From: Fidelibacterota bacterium | GTDB lineage: Bacteria > Fidelibacterota > Marinisomatia > Marinisomatales > TCS56 | DNA length: 38,126 nt | Direction of reading: 5' to 3' | Assembly (NCBI GenBank): GCA_043822705.1 | Contig: JBDRBK010000211.1 | Location: forward strand, 1-38,126 | Shown here: one piece after another, positions 1-7,396 of the stretch | How positions within the stretch are numbered: position 1 is the stretch's first letter | Layout of the letters: every line of letters begins with the position of its first letter | Made by a program: the position numbers and the translations under genes | Notes under the pieces: generated by a model | The model's database searches: none | Seen by the model: the letters and a program-made list of their open reading frames with translations, nothing else | What the model was told of the DNA's origin: nothing

Positions 1-114
1 CCGCGCTGGTCCGGCGATACCAACTTCATGCCGGTGCTGGGTCATACCAAGGTTATGGTTCAGGGCCTGCTGGAAACCTATGATCAAATCAAGCCGGAGT
101 TTGATCTGATTTGA
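1..114 (+). CDS. 3' end of an unidentified CDS (partial, runs off the window)
   Basis: Frame 1 is open from base 1: PRWSGDTNFMPVLGHTKVMVQGLLETYDQIKPEFDLI, with TGA at 112-114. Too short to assign. Confidence 0.6.
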   Translation, partial: PRWSGDTNFMPVLGHTKVMVQGLLETYDQIKPEFDLI

Positions 115-183
115 AAACTGGTGGTTGTGGTTTGCCTGAGAGTTTTGTAATCTTTGGTTCATCATTAAACAAGTGAGTATGCT

Positions 184-396
184 ATGCCGACATTTTTTAA
201 CACCTGGCTACCCTACCTCTATTTATATATCGTAGGTGGTATTTTCTTTTTTTTGGGGATGGTGATTATCCGGAAAAGCGGTGCGATTGATCTGAATAAA
301 AGACGCCATCGTTTCTGGAATCGAGTGTTGTACTTCGGGTTTTTCTGGTTTGTTATATTACATGGTATTTTCACTTACGCCGCGCTGAACTGGTAA
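184..396 (+). CDS. Small two-TM membrane protein, probable partner of the downstream symporter
   Basis: 70 aa with two hydrophobic stretches and a basic loop. Its stop overlaps the TAAGGAGG RBS of the next gene (9 bp gap). Confidence 0.75.
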   Translation: MPTFFNTWLPYLYLYIVGGIFFFLGMVIIRKSGAIDLNKRRHRFWNRVLYFGFFWFVILHGIFTYAALNW

Positions 397-405
397 GGAG
401 GCCCC

Positions 406-2502
406 ATGGAGACTTTTCATAATATTGGTACTTCTACCGACTGGGTAGTAATGATTCTTTATTTCCTGATCATCATGCTGTTCGGAAGTTATTTCGGGCG
501 CTACACCAGAAATACGGCGGATTTCTTTTTCGGCGGCCGCCGGTTCTCCTGGTGGTTGATTGCCATGTCGATCGTGGCCACCGGTGTCGGCAGCCACAGT
601 TTCGTCAAATATTCGGCGAAAGCATTCGAACACGGTTTTTCATCGACGATGACATATATAAACGACTGGTTTTTTGTGCCGTTTTTCATGTTTGGCTGGC
701 TGCCGATCATAGTTTATTCGAAAGTGCGGTCGATCCCGGAATATTTTGAGAAACGTTTCAGTCCTTCCGCCCGGTTTCTGGCGACAATTCTATTAATGCT
801 TTACATGGTCGGTTATATCGGAATCGGTTTTCTGACACTCGGCAAAGCCGCCCTGCCGATGCTGCCGGAAGCGTTCAACATCATGGGCGCCTCGGTGGAT
901 GTAACCCTGATGGGGGTGGTCATCCTGATTGCCGTAATCACCGGTATTTATATTACTTTCGGCGGTCAGACGGCGGTTATTTTCACCGACCTGTTGCAGG
1001 GTTTTATTCTGATATTTGCGGGTATTTTGCTGTTCGCACTGGGTGTGGATTACCTCGGCGGCTGGGGTATTTTCTGGCGAATACTGCCGGTGGACTGGAA
1101 ACTACCACTGGCGCATTTCAACGATCCCTCCAGTTTCAATTTCGTCGGTATTTTCTGGCAGGATGGAGTGGCCGGGTCGATCGGGTTTCTGTTCATGAAC
1201 CAGGGCCTGATCATGCGTTTCATGGCCACCCGCAGCGTCCACGAGGGACGGAAAGCGGCGGCCTTCAACATTCTGTTTATGCTGCCGATATCGGCGATTG
1301 TAGTCGGCAATGCCGGTTGGGTCGGGAAAGCCATATCAGTCATCAATCCGGCCACCGTGCCGCCCAACACATCACCGGATCAGATATTCGTGGTTGTGGC
1401 CAGTATCGTGTCACATCCGGGCGTTTTCGGATTCATCATGGCCGCACTCACGGCGGCGCTGATGTCTACCGTGGACACGCTGATCAATGCCTCCGCCGCG
1501 ATATTCATCAATGATATTTACCGGCCTATTAAGAAATTCCTTAAATCGGTGGTCAAATCCGACAGAGAAACCGATCGGGATGAACTGGCGGCCGCCCGTT
1601 GGGCATCGATCGTGATTACTGCCTGCGGTGTAATGGCCGTGCTGGCCTTTAAAAATTTCCCGACAGTTTATGAAGCGCACGGTTTCTTCCATTCCACACT
1701 GACGCCGCCGCTGGTGGTGGCGATATTTTTAGGTGTTTTCTGGAAACGCTTTACACCGGCGGCCGTTATCACCACTTTCGTCGCCGGAGTGGCATTGATG
1801 ATCCTGGGTGCCCGGCACCCGGGCGTTTTGATTGCACCGTTCGATCACGGTATTGCCATGGACCCGGTGCATCCCTATTCCTATATCCGGGCCCTGTACA
1901 ATACGTTTGTCTGCTTCGGCGTCGGTGTTCTGGTCACTTTCACTACTGGTTTTCAAAAGCGGATCACCAATCAACTCAAGGCCGGAGATGGATCCTATAC
2001 ACTGATTTATGGATTGATTGGCATCGATGTGCTACTGTTCATCCTGATCGTGGCTAATCTGTTTAACCTGCCGGTCCTGCTGCTGGCAGCTCTCATACTG
2101 ATTATCACGATTCCGGTGATAACCAATTATTTTGTCGACTATGACGAGGAACGGAATACGATAGGATTGACATCCGGGTCCTTAGAGTTTGCCCGCGAGC
2201 GTTTCAAGGGCAGCAAACTGAACGATGCCGAAGGGCAAAAAGTATTGGTCAACTGGAAACAGGTCCCCGGCGAACAGACAACGGTCAATTTTTCAAAACA
2301 TGATATGGAGAAAATGCAGGCGAATGTGGGTGATCTGCTGTATCTCTGTGATAAGCGTAAATGGCTGGGTGGGTTAAAATCGATTCACACCGTTTATGGT
2401 GAACCACATGACGAAGATGGCGTCGTTCTGGTTACCGAAGAGCATAAGAAAAGCGGCATGTTTGTTAAAGGGAAAAGATTGGAGGCCGAAAAGGAAATGT
2501 AG
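406..2502 (+). CDS. Sodium:solute symporter (SSF/SLC5) family transporter with soluble C-terminal extension
   Basis: Motifs DFFFGGRR..WW, SIPEYFEKRF, GGQTAVIFTDLLQ and AALMSTVDT; many TM helices; AAGGAGG RBS. Confidence 0.93.
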   Translation: METFHNIGTSTDWVVMILYFLIIMLFGSYFGRYTRNTADFFFGGRRFSWWLIAMSIVATGVGSHSFVKYSAKAFEHGFSSTMTYINDWFFVPFFMFGWLPIIVYSKVRSIPEYFEKRFSPSARFLATILLMLYMVGYIGIGFLTLGKAALPMLPEAFNIMGASVDVTLMGVVILIAVITGIYITFGGQTAVIFTDLLQGFILIFAGILLFALGVDYLGGWGIFWRILPVDWKLPLAHFNDPSSFNFVGIFWQDGVAGSIGFLFMNQGLIMRFMATRSVHEGRKAAAFNILFMLPISAIVVGNAGWVGKAISVINPATVPPNTSPDQIFVVVASIVSHPGVFGFIMAALTAALMSTVDTLINASAAIFINDIYRPIKKFLKSVVKSDRETDRDELAAARWASIVITACGVMAVLAFKNFPTVYEAHGFFHSTLTPPLVVAIFLGVFWKRFTPAAVITTFVAGVALMILGARHPGVLIAPFDHGIAMDPVHPYSYIRALYNTFVCFGVGVLVTFTTGFQKRITNQLKAGDGSYTLIYGLIGIDVLLFILIVANLFNLPVLLLAALILIITIPVITNYFVDYDEERNTIGLTSGSLEFARERFKGSKLNDAEGQKVLVNWKQVPGEQTTVNFSKHDMEKMQANVGDLLYLCDKRKWLGGLKSIHTVYGEPHDEDGVVLVTEEHKKSGMFVKGKRLEAEKEM

Positions 2503-2599
2503 TCCTTTTAAGGGCTGGGATTTATACCTAAATTCGCCCCGCTTTTTAAGTGACTCCTGGACACGGAGTCGCAGAGAAATCAGAGGTAATTTTAAGAAT

Positions 2600-2671
2600 T
2601 CCGGAGTAGCTCAATGGTAGAGCGGGTGGCTGTTAACCACTAGGTTGGGGGTTCGAGCCCCTCCTCCGGAG
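2600..2671 (+). tRNA. tRNA-Asn (GTT), CCA not encoded
   Basis: Acceptor stem TCCGGAG/CTCCGGA, D-arm GCTC-AATGGTA-GAGC, anticodon arm GTGG-CTGTTAA-CCAC, T-loop TTCGAGC. Confidence 0.96.
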
Positions 2672-2677
2672 CGATAT

Positions 2678-2703
2678 GGAAGCCTCGCGCAAGCGGGGTT
2701 TTC
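2678..2703 (+). terminator. Probable intrinsic terminator after tRNA-Asn
   Basis: GAAGCCTCGC-GCAA-GCGGGGTTTTC hairpin with a GNRA loop and short T-run. Confidence 0.6.
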
Positions 2704-2737
2704 TGCATTTATAAGTGCTGAACGAGTTCGGTTGATT

Positions 2738-2791
2738 GGGTTCGAGGTTTACCCGCCGAAGCATTAGCGCAGGCAGGCTCTCCTCCGGAGC
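2738..2791 (+). repeat. Duplicated tRNA-Asn 3' end interrupted in the T-loop by a 31-nt REP-like hairpin
   Basis: GGGTTCGAG (2738-2746) and CTCCTCCGGAGC (2780-2791) match tRNA positions 2649-2657 and 2661-2672. The insert GTTTACCCGCCGAAGCATTAGCGCAGGCAGG spans 2747-2777. Confidence 0.75.
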
Positions 2792-2792
2792 A

Positions 2793-3041
2793 ATGTACCG
2801 GGTATATGTTTTATACAGTAAGGAGATCGACTTTCTTTATATTGAACAGACACAAGATCTGAAGAAGCGCCTTCGTGAACACCGCGAAGGCGCTTCTTTT
2901 TATACCAGACGAGCCCGTGGCTGGAGGTTGTTGTATTCGGAGGAATTCAGTATACGTTCTCAAACCTTGCGCCGGGATAAAGAATTGAAGACGTACCGAG
3001 GTAGAGAATTCATTGGAGCTACATATCTGAGTAACTGTTAA
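2793..3041 (+). CDS. Stand-alone GIY-YIG nuclease family protein (UPF0213-like), probably degenerate
   Basis: MYRVYVLYS...LYIEQTQDLKKRLREH..G..FYTR...W.LLYSEEF pattern. YIG reads YIE and the usual A..RE..LK reads TLRRDKELK. ATG 2793 is preferred over the track's TTG 2736. Confidence 0.85.
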   Translation: MYRVYVLYSKEIDFLYIEQTQDLKKRLREHREGASFYTRRARGWRLLYSEEFSIRSQTLRRDKELKTYRGREFIGATYLSNC

Positions 3042-3240
3042 TTAGCAAGCTGGCGGATATCTGCCCGACTGACAGTGTCAGCGGTCAGGCCGGGTCGCAG
3101 CACGTGGCTTTAGCGTCGACCGGCATTATATCGTTTCCTCGTCTCAGAGAAAGATAAATCATCAAACAGAATATATGATCAGTCGTGTTGAATGTCAGTA
3201 TTAGATCACGATATATTCCGCCTTTAAAATTCACGATGAC

Positions 3241-4323
3241 TTGAAGAAAATTAACCGGATTTCGATAATATTGCTGGCAGTCGCTATATTTAATTGCGAC
3301 CAGCCGACGGAAGATCTGTTGACCGATGGGGATTACCAGGTCGTATTCAGTTCGAAGCGGGAAGGGGGGTGGGGCGGCTGGGATATCTATGCCTTGAATC
3401 TGAGTGGTATCGGACTGCAGCGGCTGACCGAAGAAAATGGAGATGATATCGTTTACACTGGAGGTTTATCCGTTGGGACCCAAAAAATTGTCTTTTCCTC
3501 AACCAGGGATAATTCCAGATATCAGATATATATAATGGATAGCGACGGAAGCAACCAAACCTTACTTTCCACCGATCCGAATGTGGATGATAATTATCCC
3601 CGGTTCACGCCGGACGGTCTGCGGATTGTCTTTGCCTCCAATCGCGAGGGGCGCTATGATATTTTCAGCATGGATGTCGCCGGCAATAATCTAGTTAATT
3701 TGACCGCCAGCCCCGCTTACCACGAAAAAAATCCGATGGTTTCGCCGGATGGCACCAAAATTCTGTTCACCCGCAGTATTCTGGATACCATCAGGCACAA
3801 AAACATGTATCTGGACCAGCCCTATCTGATGAACATCGATGGCAGCAATCTGGTGGATTTGGGCCGGGCCGAGTATTTCGGACCGGCGATCCGTTTTGCC
3901 CCTAATATGGAGTACATCATTTTTCACGGCGGCCTGATCGGGTACCGCAACACTGATATTTACCGGGTAGATTTAGCGACGTTGGAGATAACGCAGTTGA
4001 GCAATTCATCGTTCAGTGAATATGCCACGGACATATCACCAGATAGCAGGAAAATCGCCTATCACCGTGCTGATGAATACGGTGGTCATATGGTTTATAT
4101 TATCGATGCCGATGGTAGCAACCGTAAAATATTGACATACGGACTTGACAGCCGCGACGCTTATTTCACACCGAAAGGCGATAAACTAATCTACTCGACC
4201 AATATCGAAGGTCCCTATAATATTTATAAAATGGATATCGACGGATCGGCACCCGAGCGGATATCAAACCATCGTGCCGAGGCGGATTATCGGGTGGTCG
4301 GTAATTTTATCGGCGTTCAATAA
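3241..4323 (+). CDS. TolB-like (PD40 repeat) beta-propeller lipoprotein
   Basis: Lipoprotein signal ending AIFNC. Repeated P.FTPDG.RIVFAS, SPDGTKILF and IYIMD.DGSN motifs. Confidence 0.88.
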   Translation: MKKINRISIILLAVAIFNCDQPTEDLLTDGDYQVVFSSKREGGWGGWDIYALNLSGIGLQRLTEENGDDIVYTGGLSVGTQKIVFSSTRDNSRYQIYIMDSDGSNQTLLSTDPNVDDNYPRFTPDGLRIVFASNREGRYDIFSMDVAGNNLVNLTASPAYHEKNPMVSPDGTKILFTRSILDTIRHKNMYLDQPYLMNIDGSNLVDLGRAEYFGPAIRFAPNMEYIIFHGGLIGYRNTDIYRVDLATLEITQLSNSSFSEYATDISPDSRKIAYHRADEYGGHMVYIIDADGSNRKILTYGLDSRDAYFTPKGDKLIYSTNIEGPYNIYKMDIDGSAPERISNHRAEADYRVVGNFIGVQ

Positions 4324-4324
4324 T

Positions 4325-4756
4325 TCACTTCTTTGTACCGGACTGCTCCAGAAACGCCTTGAATTTCAAATCCTCCTCCAGGATATGATTGACCAGCCAG
4401 CTTTTTAAAAATTCGAACAGTTCATCCGATAAATCTGCGGTTTTGCCCTCGGCGATTATTTTTTTACTCACATCCAGAACCTGCTGAATTAATTGCCGAT
4501 GCTGGATTTTATGCTCTTCTAACTCGGGGAAACCGTGCTTATTGTATATTTCTTCCTCACGATTAAAATGATAGCGGGTATAATCGATCAATTCGAAGAA
4601 AATATTCTGGATATGTTCGGCGCCCTGGTTGGTGATCAGGGCCCCGAAGAGATGTTGAATCATTGAAACCAGTTTTTTATGGTCGGCATCGATCTCGGCA
4701 ACGTTGATGTTCCATTCGTCGTCCCAACTGATTATTGGGTTTAGCTTTACTGTCAT
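4325..4756 (-). CDS. Bacteriohemerythrin (single domain)
   Basis: W...NVAEIDADH, YTRYHFNREE, EHKIQH and WLVNHILEED di-iron ligand motifs are all present. Confidence 0.93.
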   Translation of the reverse strand: MTVKLNPIISWDDEWNINVAEIDADHKKLVSMIQHLFGALITNQGAEHIQNIFFELIDYTRYHFNREEEIYNKHGFPELEEHKIQHRQLIQQVLDVSKKIIAEGKTADLSDELFEFLKSWLVNHILEEDLKFKAFLEQSGTKK

Positions 4757-4777
4757 TACTCGACCCCTTTGTCAGCG

Positions 4778-6805
4778 TTATTTCAATAAAAGCACTTTGC
4801 TTATCAGCGTCTGATCGCCGGCCTGCAGTTTGATAAAATAAAGTCCGGTGCCCGCGGTATTGCCATTTGCAGCGGAAGCATCCCAGGTTACCTGATGCAG
4901 CCCGGACGTTTCCGGTTGGTTGCATAGAATTAAAATTTCACGGCCCTGCAAGTCCAGTACTGCGACCCGTACTGTCGCATCCTGAGTTAATCGGTAATTA
5001 ATCGTTGTCCTGGGATTGAAGGGATTGGGGAAGGCCGGGTAAACCTGAAACGCTTCCGGTAATACGGACTGTTCCCGGAGCGGAATTGAGATGCTGATCG
5101 GGTCATGGTACTTGACCTTGCCGGAATAATCCACATCGGCGAGTCGATATTGATACGTCATGCCGGGGAAAACGGACCGGTCGACATATTCATACCTGGT
5201 CCGGTGACTGACACTCCCCTGGCCGGCGAGTGCGGGGTTGGTCTTGTAGCCGGCCAACTCCTGCCAGCCGCTGTCATCGTCGCCATGCCGTTCAACAATA
5301 AAGCCCAGATTTTCAGACTCCGACTCGGTTGCCCAGTCAAGATAAACGAGACCGTTTTTAACATTCCCGGAAAATGCCGTGAGCTCCACCGGCAGGCTGC
5401 CGTCATGACTGCCCTCCACGAATCGATGCAACGACAACCGTGATTTTCTTACGGTCAAGTCATTGGTATTGGTAACATTCTTAATTTTTACACTGATTGT
5501 GGAATCAACGCTGGCAATATTCAGAATGCCGGTGCCGCCCATCGCGCCCACATCTGTGCTACTGGAAAGAACGCGTTTCAGTGTCAATTCACTATGTTCA
5601 TGAGAACCCACAAAAACACCTACCAATATAGTCTCCGAACCGGAGGCGCTGGGTGAATTAATCGACAGTGAATAATCGATTATGTACTTGCCGGCGCTAG
5701 TTGTTCCGGTTGTGGGATTCAGTGTGTTTGCTGAACATGCCCAATCGCTCAAGGAAGCAGGAGTGTAAGTGCCAACCGGGGTCCAAGTATCGCTGGTGTT
5801 GATCGCCACCGATTGGTTCGTGGTGATTTTCATACCGGCGTAAGGAGCGGAAGCATTGCCCGAGATTTTGTATAGAGCCAATGACGCGTATTGAATCGTA
5901 ATCGGCACATTGGTCTTAACCGCTTTGGCCTCGATACTTATTGTGTTTGTAGCGCTGATTGACATAATGCCGCACATCACCACATTTCCAATGTCCGTTG
6001 CGCTGGTTTTCCGATTGGCAATAATCGATGTTGGATCAGCACCGGCACCATTTTTGGCGATACCAATTGTATAATTGCCAGGGCTGGCATCAGTTCCGTT
6101 TCCACTGAAACAGGCGGAAAAGGTCAATAGATAGGTCCCGGCCGAATTGGCACCGGCGGTTAAAAGACTTGATGCAATTGACCAATCGTTAGATTCTGAT
6201 ATCTGGTTGAATCCAGTTATTGCGTAATAAGTAGCAGAGGACGCAAGGCTTTGGGCAGTCGAATTATTGTAAATGGACATTCCTGTGTAATAATTGGTAG
6301 AATTATCGGTCAGTTCAACTAAAGTCACTTGGGCCTGAATAGGCGTAACGGTAGCGCTGATGGCCGGTTTAATCTGCAGCTCAACATAACCGGAATTTGC
6401 TAATGTTAAATTCGCAGAACCGGAGACATTACCGGCATCTTTATTGACGTTGGAGATCGTGCGCTGATAAAGGATTTCCGACGGAGGGTTCCCATTGATT
6501 GAGATGCCGACATCATAGGTAGTGATAGCTGATCCGGCGAAACTCAGTGAAAATTTAACCAGGTATGTGCCGCCGCCGCTGGCACTGGCAATCAGACTAT
6601 TGCTGGCATAGCTCCAATTGGTGGATACCGCTCCAACCGTGAAATCAGCATCGTCGCTGCTGCCAATAACATGCCAGGTTCCGCCAGTTATAGAGGCGGA
6701 GGCGGTGCTACCGTTGGCTATATACATAAAGCCAAACTCCTGAGCAAAAAGCGCCGAGAAAGAAAGTATAATCAGTGTGACTGTTGAAATCCTGAGCTTG
6801 ACCAT
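4778..6805 (-). CDS. Secreted T9SS type A sorting-domain protein with three tandem C1q/BclA-C-like domains
   Basis: Start reassigned to ATG 6805 (GAGGT RBS, signal peptide MVKLRISTVTLIILSFSALFA-Q). LPVELTAF Ig-like module, then a PNPFNPRT...KVLLLK CTD. Confidence 0.85.
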   Translation of the reverse strand: MVKLRISTVTLIILSFSALFAQEFGFMYIANGSTASASITGGTWHVIGSSDDADFTVGAVSTNWSYASNSLIASASGGGTYLVKFSLSFAGSAITTYDVGISINGNPPSEILYQRTISNVNKDAGNVSGSANLTLANSGYVELQIKPAISATVTPIQAQVTLVELTDNSTNYYTGMSIYNNSTAQSLASSATYYAITGFNQISESNDWSIASSLLTAGANSAGTYLLTFSACFSGNGTDASPGNYTIGIAKNGAGADPTSIIANRKTSATDIGNVVMCGIMSISATNTISIEAKAVKTNVPITIQYASLALYKISGNASAPYAGMKITTNQSVAINTSDTWTPVGTYTPASLSDWACSANTLNPTTGTTSAGKYIIDYSLSINSPSASGSETILVGVFVGSHEHSELTLKRVLSSSTDVGAMGGTGILNIASVDSTISVKIKNVTNTNDLTVRKSRLSLHRFVEGSHDGSLPVELTAFSGNVKNGLVYLDWATESESENLGFIVERHGDDDSGWQELAGYKTNPALAGQGSVSHRTRYEYVDRSVFPGMTYQYRLADVDYSGKVKYHDPISISIPLREQSVLPEAFQVYPAFPNPFNPRTTINYRLTQDATVRVAVLDLQGREILILCNQPETSGLHQVTWDASAANGNTAGTGLYFIKLQAGDQTLISKVLLLK

Positions 6806-7396
6806 ATTGACCTCGATTTGTTGCTCCGGCATTTTGCTTTTTTGAGTATCCGATGAATGACTGAAAGTTGCAAAAATGCCGATAGCGGATAAGCAGATAT
6901 GCAGATACTCAAGTTCTAATATACAGTCTGTTGGCACACAAAACAACCATAAGGCATTAATATTCTTTTGAATAATCGACCAGGAATAACCGGTTATCCA
7001 GATTGTGCGCAGCCCCACAAATGTCTGTATATTTGACTTTAACTACTGATTTATTTTTTAAAATAAATTAAATTCACTTGAGTAATTGTTGGATTACTGG
7101 TCCGACACCGGAATTAATCGATTGATCGAGTAAATAATTGCGCTTGATTCCCGTAGCTCTGTTTACAAATCCGTTCGCAGTGTTCACGATTTCCAATTTG
7201 GCAGCTAAAAAATTGGAATACCTGCTGGTAACAGGCCCAATGGAACAATGGGCAGGCCAACGATTTTGTCGACAAATGAACAAACTATGACTATGCGCAA
7301 AACCGGTAAAAATTTTAAAGTAAATAACAATTATCGGAACTATAAAATCATCCGGTGTATTGTTGTGTTTTTGGAAAAATGCTAATGGAGGCAAAT

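Noticed and set aside
2600..2791. attL/attR of a prophage or integrative element at tRNA-Asn
   Set aside because: The duplicate lies only ~65 bp from the tRNA and is interrupted; no integrase or phage genes were seen.
2738..2791. Second functional tRNA or intron-containing tRNA
   Set aside because: There is no 5' acceptor strand, D-arm or anticodon arm upstream, and the T-stem pairing is broken.
3025..3100. Degenerate full tRNA-Asn after the GIY-YIG gene (CTGTTAA at 3036-3042, GGGTCGCAG at 3092-3100)
   Set aside because: The matches are too short, with no T-loop or acceptor stem. Kept only as weak support within the mini-element finding.
6806..7396. N-terminal extensions of the two T9SS genes and the 117-aa ORF at 7074-7427 (-)
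   Set aside because: Better starts with RBS and signal peptides exist at 6805 and 7397. The region is an AT-rich divergent promoter zone and the ORF has no recognisable motif.
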